This document shows, piece by piece, positions 21,282-33,018 of a DNA stretch of 64,000 nt. The notes under the pieces are model-generated. The model did no database searches, had not been told where the DNA came from, and saw nothing but the letters and a program-made list of their open reading frames with translations. The DNA is from Eledone cirrhosa. Taxonomy: Eukaryota. The position numbers and the translations under genes are program-made. Location of the stretch: NCBI GenBank assembly GCA_964016885.1, contig OZ024742.1:1736001-1800000 (forward strand), read 5' to 3'. Each line of letters begins with the position of its first letter. Position 1 is the stretch's first letter.

Positions 21282-22767
21282 CTTAAGGGCTAACCTCCTA
21301 TACCACCCTTTCTTCCAGTTAAGGGCTAACCTCCTATACCACCCTTTCTTCCAGTTAAGGGCCAACCTCCTATACCACCCTTCCAGTTGAGGGCTAACCT
21401 CCTATACCACCCTTCCAGTTGAGGGCTAACCTCCTATACCACCCTTTCTTTCAGTTAAGGGCTAACCTCCTATACCACCCTTTCTTCCAGTTGAGGGCTA
21501 ACCTCCTATACCACCCTTTCTTCCAGTTGAGGGCTAACCTCCTATACCACCCTTTCTTCCAGTTAAGGGCTAACCTCCTATACCACCCTTTCTTCCAGTT
21601 GAGGGCTAACCTCCTATACCACCCTTTCTTCCAGTTAAGGGCTAACCTCCTATACCACCCTTTCTTCCAGTTAAGGGCTAACCTCCTATACCACCCTTTC
21701 TTCCAGTTAAGGGCTAACCTCCTATACCACCCTTTCTTCCAGTTAAGGGCTAACCTCCTATACCACCCTTCCAGTTAAGGGCTAACCTCCTATACCACCC
21801 TTCCAGTTAAGGGCTAATCTTCTATACCACCCTTTCTTCCAGTTAAGGGCTAACCTCCTATACCACCCTTCCAGTTAAGGGCTAACCTCCTATACCACCC
21901 TTTCTTCCAGTTAAGGGCTAATCTCCTATACCACCCTTTCTTCCAGTTAAGGGCTAATCTCCTATACCACCCTTTCTTCCAGTTAAGGGCTAATCTCCTA
22001 TACCACCCTTTCTTCCAGTTAAGGGCTAATCTCCTATACCACCCTTTCTTCCAGTTAAGGGCTAATCTCCTATACCACCCTTTCTTCCAGTTAAGGGCTA
22101 ATCTCCTATACCACCCTTTCTTCCAGTTAAGGGCTAACCTCCTATACCACCCTTCCAGTTAAGGGCTAACCTCCTATACCACCCTTTCTTCCAGTTAAGG
22201 GCTAATCTCCTATACCACCCTTTCTTCCAGTTAAGGGCTAATCTCCTATACCACCCTTTCTTCCAGTTAAGGGCTAATCTCCTATACCACCCTTTCTTCC
22301 AGTTAAGGGCTAATCTCCTATACCACCCTTTCTTCCAGTTAAGGGCTAATCTCCTATACCACCCTTTCTTCCAGTTAAGGGCTAATCTCCTATACCACCC
22401 TTTCTTCCAGTTAAGGGCTAATCTCCTATACCACCCTTTCTTCCAGTTAAGGGCTAACCTCCTATACCACCCTTCCAGTTAAGGGCTAACCTCCTATACC
22501 ACCCTTTCTTCCAGTTAAGGGCTAATCTCCTATACCACCCTTTCTTCCAGTTAAGGGCTAATCTCCTATACCACCCTTTCTTCCAGTTAAGGGCTAATCT
22601 CCTATACCACCCTTTCTTCCAGTTAAGGGCTAATCTCCTATACCACCCTTTCTTCCAGTTAAGGGCTAATCTCCTATACCACCCTTTCTTCCAGTTAAGG
22701 GCTAACCTCCTATACCACCCTTTCTTCCAGTTAAGGGCTAATCTCCTATACCACCCTTTCTTCCAGT
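21282..22767. repeat. 36-bp minisatellite with 32-bp variants, about 42 copies
   Basis: Unit TTAAGGGCTAA(C/T)CTCCTATACCACCCTTTCTTCCAG. Confidence 0.95.
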
Positions 22768-23039
22768 AAATTGGTAGAGTTGTTACAATGTTTGATAGAA
22801 TGTTTGTTAGAATACTTTGCAGTATTTGTTTTAGCTTTCTGAGTTTAAATCTTGCTGAGATCAACTTTGTCTTTCATCTTTTTGAGGTTGATAAAAATAA
22901 ATGGTACCAGCTGAATACTGGGTCAATTCTTCCTCTATATCTCTTTCTTTGTTCTTCTCTCTCTTCAGAAGAAATCAGTTGTGTTCTCACCTGATTAATA
23001 CTGAAAACTAAAATATTCAGCTGGTACTCTTAGTATTAG

Positions 23040-23830
23040 TATGTCAGTACTATGTCTTAGTTCCTATTTTAGGGAGCTATGTCTGTACTATGTCTTAGTT
23101 CCTATTTTAGGGAGCTATGTCTGTACTATGTCTTAGTTCCTATTTTAGGGAGCTATGTCTGTACTATGTCTTAGTTCCTATTTTAGGGAGCTTTGTCTGT
23201 ACTATGTCTTAGTTCCTATTTTAGGAAGCTTTGTCTGTACTATGTCTTAGTTCCTATTTTAGGGAGCTTTGTCTGTACTATGTCTTAGTTCCTATTTTAG
23301 GAGCTATGTCTGTACTATGTCTTAGTTCCTATTTTAGGAGCTATGTCTGTACTATGTCTTAGTTCCTATTTTAGGGAGCTTTGTCTGTACTATGTCTTAG
23401 TTCCTATTTTAGGGAGCTTTGTCTGTACTATGTCTTAGTTCCTATTTTAGGGAGCTTTGTCTGTACTATGTCTTAGTTCCTATTTTAGGAGCTATGTCTG
23501 TACTATGTCTTAGTTCCTATTTTAGGAGCTATGTCTGTACTATGTCTTAGTTCCTATTTTAGGGAGCTTTGTCTGTACTATGTCTTAGTTCCTATTTTAG
23601 GGAGCTTTGTCTGTACTATGTCTTAGTTCCTATTTTAGGGAGCTTTGTCTGTACTATGTCTTAGTTCCTATTTTAGGAGCTATGTCTGTACTATGTCTTA
23701 GTTCCTATTTTAGGAGCTATGTCTGTACTATGTCTTAGTTCCTATTTTAGGAGCTATGTCTGTACTATGTCTTAGTTCCTATTTTAGGGAGCTATGTCTG
23801 TACTATGCCTTCATTCCTATTTTATGAGAC
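23040..23830. repeat. 37/38-bp minisatellite, about 21 copies
   Basis: Unit TATGTCTGTACTATGTCTTAGTTCCTATTTTAGGGAGC. Confidence 0.95.
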
Positions 23831-23907
23831 TATATGGTAACAATCAAACACAGACACTTTCTCTTTAATTAATTACAACAATCCTGTTGATTGCTAATAA
23901 AACACAC

Positions 23908-23965
<58 letters not shown>

Positions 23966-24792
23966 ACACACGCTGTGACCATGTATATTTTTCATGTGAT
24001 GGGAGCTAATAAAACAAACACACTCACACAAACACTGTGACTATCTAGTAATCTAGTATATATATATATATATTCATTTTTCCAGTCCTGCTCTGTTCAG
24101 TGTATCACCCAATATTTTAAAACAGTAGTGTGATTTGAGGGAGATTTTGCTGCTATTTCTAGCAGGTCCAACTAGGCAGAACTTCATTGTATTATTTTTT
24201 TCTCTTTAGCTCACAGATTTATCATGAAAAGAAAAAATATATATTTGTAACCCCCACCGACTCCTCATCCTTCCTAAAATAATCAATATTTCCTTAAATA
24301 CTAAACTTCAATTACCAATCATGTATTTCCTAGTGTCGACACAAGCAACAAATATTTCTGTCTCTCTCGACACCTACTTGATGTTACTCTACTTTTGATG
24401 TTGTTTGTGTAAAAATACACATATGCACACACACATACTTATGTATACATATATATACTCACACATATACAGTATATATATATATTATATTTTGAGAAGG
24501 TAATTTTGCAAATTGAAAACGTGCATTAATACAGGTCGCAAAAGACAGAATATCTTGTCAAACATATACCCAACTATATATATATATATATATTCATTCA
24601 AAATCACTGATGTGCAATCTTTCATGTATACATTGTAGTTTTTTTTTAATATGATTCTTTGGTAAAAAAAAAAAAGAAAAAGAAATTGTCCAAACATATC
24701 AGATGTTTGAAATATTAAAATGTTTCCATTTTTTTACTTTTAAGAAACTTTGTAATATTTCTCATATAATGATTTTTAAACCTCTTCCACAG

Positions 24793-24888
24793 GTAATCGG
24801 AAAGGAGGTAGAAAAGATGCCCCCTACGATGATAGTGATGATTCTATCCCAGATGATCCACAAGCAAAAATTCAAAGATCGGTTGAAC
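24793..24888 (+). CDS. myo9: Myosin IX tail exon, first recognisable exon in window (NRKGGRKDAPYDDSDD...QRSVE)
   Basis: ccacag acceptor, gtaagt donor, 96 nt phase 1/1, open and in phase with the next exon; low-complexity peptide, assigned by splice phase rather than by motif. Confidence 0.7.
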
Positions 24889-24929
24889 GTAAGTAGTAAT
24901 TTCTTGTTTTGGTAATGAAGGTACCTCGC

Positions 24930-25240
24930 TTTGAGGTTAGAGTGCTAGGATCACAGTCTTAAGGTTGTGAGTTTGATCCTGGGTCTTGTGGAACAGCCTA
25001 TTCTTGAGCAAGTTATTTTATTTTACATTGCTCCACTCAGTTGAGAAGAATGTATAGTGATGACACTGGTGCCAAGCTACCTCAGTCTTTACCTCTCCTT
25101 TGGATAATATTGATGTTGTGAAGAGGGACATTGGGCTTGCATGGGCAACTGCTGGTCTTTCACAAAACATTTTACCCAGGTTCGTGTCTTGGAGAGGCAG
25201 TTAGTGAAGGAAATGTAACCCAAGACAAGTGATGACCAAA
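24930..25240 (+). mobile_element. Degenerate SINE family 1 variant; similar copies at about 7980-8195, 27830-28000, 38111-38420, 56385-56600
   Basis: GGTTAGAG...GGTTGTGAGTTTGATCC head and CTTGAGCAAG core. Confidence 0.7.
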
Positions 25241-25297
25241 CTAGACCCTCCCGATCTACATCGGAATTCTACATTCTATATGTGTGTGTGTGTGTGT

Positions 25298-27067
25298 TGG
25301 ATTTCTGTAGTTTCCATCTCCCCAATTTCCTTCACAAATCATTAGTCACCTCGAAGCTATGGGGGTAGACACTGGTACAAGGTGTCATGCAGTGAAGTCA
25401 CCTAGAAGCTATGGGGGTAGACACTGGTACAAGGTGTCGTGTAGTGAGGTCACCTCGAAGCTATGGGGGTAGACACTGGTACAAGGTGTCGTGTAGTGAG
25501 GTCACCTCGTAGCTATGGGGGTAGACACCGGTACAAGGTGTTGTGCAGTGAGGTCACCTCGTAGCTATGGGGGTAGACACTGGTACAAGGTGTCGTGTAG
25601 TGAGGTCACCTCGTAGCTATGGGGGTAGACACTAGTACAAGGTGTTGTGCAGTGAGGTCACCTTGAAGCTATGGGGGTAGACACTGGTACAAGGTGTCGT
25701 GTAGTGAGGTCACCTCGTAGCTATGGGGGTAGACACTGGTACAAGGTGTCGTGTAGTGAGGTCACCTCGTAGCTATGGGGGTAGACACTAGTACAAGGTG
25801 TTGTGCAGTGAGGTCACCTCGTAGCTATGGGGGTAGACACTGGTACAAGGTGTGTAGTGAGGTCACCTCGTAGCTATGGGGGTAGACACTGGTACAAGGT
25901 GTCGTGTAGTGAGGTCACCTCGTAGCTATGGGGGTAGACACTAGTACAAGGTGTCGTGTAGGGAGGTCACCTCGTAGCTATGGGGGTAGACACTAGTACA
26001 AGGTGTCGTGTAGTGAGGTCACCTCGTAGCTATGGGGGTAGACACTGGTACAAGGTGTCGTGTAGTGAGGTCACCTCGTAGCTATGGGGGTAGACACTGG
26101 TACAAGGTGTCGTGTAGTGAGGTCACCTTGAAGCTATGGGGGTAGACACTGGTACAAGGTGTCGTGTAGTGAGGTCACCTCGTAGCTATGGGGGTAGACA
26201 CTGGTGTAAGGTGTTGTGCAGTGAGGTCACCTCGTAGCTATGGGGGTAGACACTGGTGTAAGGTGTTGTGCAGTGAGGTCACCTCGTAGCTATGGGGGTA
26301 GACACTGGTACAAGGTGTCGTGTAGTGAGGTCACCTCGTAGCTATGGGGGTAGACACTAGTACAAGGTGTCGTGTAGTGAGGTCACCTCATAGCTATGGG
26401 GGTAGACACTGGTACAAGGTGTTGTGCAGTGAGGTCACCTCGTAGCTATGGGGGTAGACACTGGTGTAAGGTGTCGTGTAGTGAGGTCACCTCGTAGCTA
26501 TGGGGGTAGACACTGGTGTAAGGTGTTGTGCAGTGAGGTCACCTCGTAGCTATGGGGGTAGACACTAGTACAAGGTGTTGTGCAGTGAGGTCACCTTGAA
26601 GCTATGGGGGTAGACACTGGTACAAGGTGTCGTGTAGTGAGGTCACCTCGTAGCTATGGGGGTAGACACTGGTACAAGGTGTTGTGCAGTGAGGTCACCT
26701 CGTAGCTATGGGGGTAGACACTGGTACAAGGTGTCGTGTAGTGAGGTCACCTCGTAGCTATGGGGGTAGACACTGGTACAAGGTGTCGTGTAGTGAGGTC
26801 ACCTCGTAGCTATGGGGTAGACACTGGTACAAGGTGTCGTGTAGTGAGGTCACCTCGTAGCTATGGGGGTAGACACTGGTACAAGGTGTCGTGTAGTGAG
26901 GTCACCTCGTAGCTATGGGGGTAGACACTGGTACAAGGTGTCGTGTAGTGAGGTCACCTCGTAGCTATGGGGGTAGACACTGGTACAAGGTGTTGTGCAG
27001 TGAAATTCAACCTGAACTCATGTGATTACAAAACAAACTCCTTAACCACACAGCCATGTCTGCACCT
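25298..27067 (-). repeat. Minus-strand tRNA-derived SINE expanded by an internal 52-bp tandem array (about 32 copies, 25345-27001)
   Basis: Unit GTCACCTCGTAGCTATGGGGGTAGACACTGGTACAAGGTGTCGTGTAGTGAG; reverse-complement SINE head (CATGGCTGTGTGGTTAAG) at 27002-27067 and tail at 25298-25345. Confidence 0.85.
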
Positions 27068-27192
27068 ATAATAAATCTAACCTCTTTGAGGAATATGTTT
27101 TGTTGTTGTGGTTGTTGTGGTGGTGGTTGTTGTTGGGGTCGTTGTTGTTGTTGATGTCAATGTCTTTAAACTTGTATCTGTTTCTCTTCCAG

Positions 27193-27485
27193 TTGCTATG
27201 GCATCAAACATGGATGTTCCGTCTCATTTTGGTCATCAGGATGAAATCCCCCAAACCAGCAGCTATGGTATCCCAGTTCCGTGTGGTCCAGTCCTTATGG
27301 ATGGTCGTAGAGCAAGTGCTAACCGAAAGAAACCTCACCGTCGTGGCATGCGGAACAAGTCAGATGTAAAGATGCCGCCAACTAACTGGAGTGTGGCTGG
27401 TACCTCCCAGTGGCAGTACCCAGAGGAACTGATGGTCTCAGATATTAGAGAACTTCAGTTACTTGATGAATTTATTTACAAAAAG
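27193..27485 (+). CDS. myo9: Myosin IX tail exon (AMASNMDV...WSVAGTSQWQYPEELMVSDIRELQLLDEFIYKK)
   Basis: tcttccag acceptor, gtattc donor; EL..LDEFI.KK resembles the conserved myosin IX tail block. Confidence 0.88.
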
Positions 27486-28055
27486 GTATTCTTTTATTTC
27501 TTTACTGCTTTCAGGCATTGAACTGTGGCGATGCTGGAGCATCACCTTCATGTTGTTTTATTGATTATATTGAACCTCTCTCTATATATTTGTGCCTGCT
27601 ATTTTGTTGTTTACCCTTGCTGAGCACATAAGCTGAAATCACATGGTGCCGCGGTTGGGATTTTACATATCTCTCTCTACCTACTCTGTATCTCTCCATA
27701 CATTGAGTACTCCCATGGTTAGTGGTCTCCCCAGTCTCAGCACCACAGACTCTCTCTATATATAAATAGATATATCTTAATTTAAATATGTGTTCTTTCT
27801 TTGAGCAAGACACTTTATTTCACGTTGCTGTGAAGGCACATGGCTTAGTGGTTAGAGCATTAGCCTTGCAATCGAAAGGTTGTGAGTTCAATTCTCGGAC
27901 CGAGTGATGTGTTGTTTCCTTGAGCAAGACACTTTATTTCACATTGTTCCAGTTTACTCAGCTGTAGATATGAGATGATATGACTGGGGTCCCTATCATT
28001 AAATCACCTAAAACACCTCCGAGATAAACCTTGGAGGAGGCCAGCTAAACCTGCA

Positions 28056-28372
28056 TAGGTGTGAGTTGTCACACACACACACACACACACACATAGGTGT
28101 GAGCTGTCACACACACATAGATGTGAGCTGTCACACACACATAGATGTGAGCTGTCACACACACACACACACACACATGGGTGCGAGCTGTCACACACAC
28201 ACACACACACAGGTGTGAGCTGTCACACACACACATAGGTGCGAGCTGCCACACACACACACATAGATGCGTGCTGTCACACACACACACATAGGTGTGA
28301 GCTGTCACACACACACACATAGGTGCGAGCTGTCACACATAGATGTGAGCTGCCACACACACACACACACAA
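28056..28372. repeat. Compound tandem repeat ATAG(G/A)TGTGAGCTGT(CA)n
   Basis: About 11 units with variable CA tracts. Confidence 0.85.
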
Positions 28373-28445
28373 ATACGAACTCTCCAATATTCCTTGGTTT
28401 GTATGAAAAGGTTTAATTAATTTCTGTATTTTTCTTGTGTTTCAG

Positions 28446-28562
28446 CTAATGAACCTAAGTTTGTACAACAGTCAGCGAGATACTATCTGTGATGTAGTTT
28501 TTAAAAAATCTCTCAAAGAGTTCCATCGAGATCTCACAGCTTGTCTGTCAATTGCAATGGTG
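28446..28562 (+). CDS. myo9: Myosin IX tail exon (LMNLSLYNSQRDTICDVVFKKSLKEFHRDL...)
   Basis: tttcag/gtaagt; DT..D.VFKK.LKEF is a myosin IX tail motif. Confidence 0.92.
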
Positions 28563-28886
28563 GTAAGTTCCACTCTTATACAACCACTTTTGTTGTTTTA
28601 TTATTTTATTATTCTTTGACTGGTTGGCCATTTTTGGACTGAGCAGCAACCATCCTGGGACACTTCCTTCATGAGAATGGTTTGGTGAACGAGGGGAGTG
28701 TCACAGAGAGAGTGTATGGGTGTGTAGGTGAGCGAGTGTGTGTGTGAGAGAGAGAGAGTGTGTGTGCGTGAGAGAGAGAGAGAGAGAGAATTGTGGAGTG
28801 TGATAGGAAGAGATCCAGTGAAGAATGTGAAATGGGATGACATGTTCTCTGTTTCCTGACTGTTTCTCCAAATTTTACCATTTCAG

Positions 28887-29135
28887 AAAGATGAAGTGAC
28901 CACTCAATACCGGTACCGAGATTTAATGAGTAATTTTGAACAGGTGTTACAAGCACAGGTGAAAAATGTAGGAACCAATGCTGCTTTCCCAGTTACTATG
29001 GGTGTCAATGCCTTCCGGGGCTTCTTAGATGAATTCATGAAGGAAAGTAAGGAAATTCGGCGGAAGGAGAAAAAAGAAGAACGGAAAACAGAATCGAAAT
29101 CTACAAAGAAGGAGCGCCAAAAGAAAGATATGTTG
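28887..29135 (+). CDS. myo9: Myosin IX tail exon (KDEVTTQYRYRDL...FPVTMGVNAFRGFLDEFMK...KKDML)
   Basis: tttcag/gtgagt, phase 0/0; VN.F..FLDEF block typical of myosin IX upstream of the C1 domain. Confidence 0.93.
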
Positions 29136-29498
29136 GTGAGTCATCTTCCATGCTAGCATGGGTAGCATTGTATTAATTAGTGTTAATTATCCCTGATTAA
29201 TTACTGTACATACTGAAATATAAGCCGACCCCCTCACATTTTATGTCTGAAAAATGGTAAAAAATCCAACCCTCGTTTATAAGCAAAAGCACTGTTCTCA
29301 TGAAGGGTGAAAATATAAACTTAAGATCTGATCTATAACTCCTACTTCTAATTCATACTTTGTAAACTTCGGCAACAACAAAATACTTCTCACTGTTGAT
29401 AAGGTAAGGTTTAGATATTGTGGCGGGGTACAACCTAGTGGTTAGGGTGTTAGGATCACAATCATTAAATTGATAATTTAATATTTTTGTGATTGCAG

Positions 29499-29604
29499 GA
29501 GTATTTGGGACACAAATTCCTTACAGTTCAGTTCAACATTCCAACTTTCTGTGAACTCTGCTCATCTATTATTTGGATCATGGAAAAAGGTTTTGTATGT
29601 CAAG
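29499..29604 (+). CDS. myo9: Myosin IX C1 zinc finger, first half (EYLGHKFLTVQFNIPTFCELCSSIIWIMEKGFVCQ)
   Basis: H-x12-C-x2-C...C pattern of a C1 domain; ttgcag/gtaaga. Confidence 0.95.
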
Positions 29605-29714
29605 GTAAGACCCTCCACCACCACAACACCTGTCTTCTATTGTTATATCTTTCACTGGTTTCTCTTATTACACTGCAACCAAGATGGAGTACCATTGAAT
29701 TGGACCCAGCAGCG

Positions 29715-30375
29715 GGGCTGATATATAGTACCAGTTAAGTAGTGGGGTTGATATATAGTACCAGTTAAGTACTGGGGTTGATATATTTAGTACCAGTTAT
29801 GTACTGGTGTTGATATATAGTGCCAGTTATGTACTGGGGTTGATATATAGTACCTGTTATGTAGTGGGGTTGATATCTATAGTACCAGTTATGTACTGGG
29901 GATGATATATATAGTACCAGTTATCTACTGGGGTTGATATATATAGTACCAGTTAAGTACTGGGGTTGATATATATAGTACCAGTTAAGTACTGGGGTTG
30001 ATATATATAGTACCAGTTATGTACTGGGGTTGATTTATATAGTACCAGTTATCTACTGGGGTTGATATATATAGTACCAGTTATGTACTGCGGTTGATAT
30101 CTAGTACCGGTTGATATATAGTACCAGTTATGTACTGGGGTTGATATATATAGTACCAGGTAAGTACTGGGGTTGATATATATAGTACCAGTTATGTACT
30201 GGGGTTGATATCTATAGTACCAGTTAAGTAGTGGGGTTGCTATCTATAGTACCAGTTAAGTACTGGGGTTGATATATATAGTACCAGTTAAGTACTGGGG
30301 TTGATATATATAGTACCAGTTATGTACTGGGGTTCATATATATTGTACCAGTTAAGTAGTGAGGTTGATATATTT
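29715..30375. repeat. About 30-34-bp minisatellite derived from the SINE family 2 tail
   Basis: Unit TAGTACCAGTTA(A/T)GTACTGGGGTTGATATA; compare AGTACCAGTTACACTGGGGTTGAT in the adjacent SINE at 30520-30545. Confidence 0.88.
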
Positions 30376-30604
30376 CACTTTCCCCTCCTCCTGGTCTTAC
30401 ACCTAAAATAGAAATCAGTTCTGTTGCTGCCAAGTGAGGTGGATTGGTAGAACGTTGGACAAAATGGTTCAAATCCCACCAAGGTAAGCTTTGTCTTTCA
30501 TCCTTACGTAGTCAATAAAGTACCAGTTACACACTGGGGTTGATTTAATCACCCTCCCCTCCCTCCAAAAAAAATTTGTTGGCATTCTGCCTTAATCAGA
30601 AACT

Positions 30605-31608
30605 GACCGAGACTCGGTGACTGGCACCTGTAATGTTGCCAGGCACTCACTGCCCTCTACCAGGTGGGCAATGCGATCAGTGGAACTTCCACTCTTGAGT
30701 TCTATAGAGGATTATTGGCGGGCAAGTGCGATGACGCACTCGGAGAAGCTTTGGGCATCGACGAAGTCGAACTGACCAGTCTGTACCGGAGGACCTTCAA
30801 GCCGGGGACGATGGACAATTTCCAGAGATCCCTCGCTTGGCAGTGCTACCGGTGGGCACTGCCGTTCCGAGATAAACTCTACAGGCACGGAAGTGCTGTC
30901 AGGCGGACCTGCCCAAGATGCGCACAGAGCGACGAAACCATTCTGCAAGCACTTGTCCAATGTCCATGCATTACTGACTTGTGAAGTTATGCTGAACAGC
31001 TGTTGCCGCGTGTGGAACGGATCCGGCTAACGGCTGAGTCCATAGTGAAGATCGACCTGCCGCCTTCCTTAGGTCAGAAAGAGCAGGAAATTTTCCTCTG
31101 TCTGGTGACAGATGCGAAAGAGGTTATATGGTGGACCAGGTTAAAAGGACTGAAGACAGACACTTTTCTCTTCGGCCAATCCTCTCCTCAACTTCTTCAA
31201 GTTTCACCTGGAAAGGAAGGTGAGGGTGGAGAGAGAAGTGCTGCCCCCCAGTACATTTGCTAAAAGGTGGGTGAATGTGGCGAGAATGGCCCGTGTGAAT
31301 GGGCCTACTCTGACCATGCGCCTATAGGCTAGCTAACTTGAAGAGAGGGGGTGCTCTCCCTGGGTGCCCTAGAAGAGCAGGGTGGTTCAGGATTGGTGGA
31401 GTACCTGAGTCACCCCAGGGTCGTCCACTTCCTATCGGGGAATTTATATTGTTATATTTATGCATAGTGTATTTTATATTTTTTATATCTTCATTGTTAA
31501 ATTAGTCTTACGATTGTACACTTTTACTCGACCTTATTGTAAACCCCACTGTCCCTGTCTTTGTATTGTCTCCTACATGTCGGCCCTTGTGGCTAATAAA
31601 TGAAATCA

Positions 31609-31640
<32 letters not shown>
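30605..31640 (+). mobile_element. L1/Tx1-type LINE 3' fragment with CCHC-type zinc knuckle, 3' UTR, AATAAA and (ATT)n tail
   Basis: LAWQCYRWALP..DKL......CPRC....ETILQALVQCP; stops and frameshifts present. Confidence 0.8.
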
Positions 31641-31642
<2 letters not shown>

Positions 31643-31882
31643 GGTGGATTGGCAGTATCGGTAGAGAGTCAGCCGCCATGCTTTCCAGCATAGTTACATC
31701 CCTTTACGATCTCAGTTCAAATCCCGCCGAGGCTAACTTTGCCTTTCATCCTTACGGGGTCGATAAAATAAAGTACCAGTAATGTACTAGGTAATTGCTG
31801 GCCTTGTGCCAAAGGTAGAAACAATTATTACTGTTATTTGTGAATTTAATTTATTTATATTTTTCTATTTTCCTCTTTTCAG

Positions 31883-31965
31883 TTTGTAAATATACATGTC
31901 ACAAAAAATGTTGTTATAAATCAACAACTTCTTGTAAAGGTATTCCAACACCCCGAGCCAATGAT
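31883..31965 (+). CDS. myo9: Myosin IX C1 zinc finger, second half (VCKYTCHKKCCYKSTTSCKGIPTPRAND)
   Basis: CKY.CHKKC...C completes the C1 domain; ttttcag/gtgagt; phase 1 matches the previous exon; absent from the ORF track. Confidence 0.95.
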
Positions 31966-32121
31966 GTGAGTCTTTCTTTATTAATTAATTAATTAATTAC
32001 CTTGTAGACACCTGTATAGGTTGCACAGGTAGATATGTAACACAACTATTTTACTTAGAACATTTACACTGTATCATATATTTTGAATTGAGGTTTTGTA
32101 GCTCCAGTAAAGATACACATG

Positions 32122-32171
<50 letters not shown>

Positions 32172-32172
<1 letters not shown>

Positions 32173-32745
32173 TCATTTCATTTCATTTTACGTCCGCTTT
32201 TTCCCTGCTTGCAAGGGTGGGACTGGAACTTGTTCTGGCTTGATTTCTACAGCTGGATGCCCTTCCTAACACCAACCTCATTTACAGTGAGTACTGGGTG
32301 CTTTTTTGCCGTGGCACCTCCACGACCACTTTGCAGTGGAATGATATGGACCCCAGTCCCTATCATCTCATTTCTACAGCTGAGTTCACTGGAGCAATGT
32401 GAAATAAAGTGTCTTGCTCAAGGAAACAACACATCACCCGGTCTGAGAATTGAACTCACAACCTTTTGATTGCAAAGCCAATGTTCAATTCTCAGACCAG
32501 ATAATGTGTTGTTTCCTTGAACAAGACACTTTATTTTACATTGCTCCAGTTTACTCAGCTGTAGAAATGAGATTCCATTGTAGAGTGGTTGTGGAGGTGC
32601 CACGGCAAAAAAGCACCCAGCCCACACTGTAAATGAGGTTGGTGTTAGGAAGGGCATCCAGCTGTAGAAATCAGGCCAGAATCAGTTCCTGTCCCACCCT
32701 TGCAAGCAGGGAAAAGTGGACGTAAAATGAAATGATGATGATGAA
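32172..32745. mobile_element. Head-to-head inverted pair of SINE family 1 copies (minus 32172-32485, plus 32485-32745)
   Basis: The two halves are mutually complementary over about 250 bp and lie almost adjacent. Confidence 0.85.
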
Positions 32746-33018
32746 TGATGATATATCCATCCCATCATATGTTATACACTCTATTTCTTTCCTCTCTCTT
32801 TCTTCTCTCACTGATCTTCATAAGAGGTATTAAACCCGACTTCTTGCTATGTTTATCATAACATCTGGCTGTTTTACAGCTAATTCCAAGTTTGTGATTC
32901 CTGCAATTTTACAAAACCTTTACATGCTCCAAATCATTTCATATCATGTTGTTTACATATATACATGTATGTATGTATGTATGCATTATATATATATATA
33001 TATGTGTGTGTGTATATA

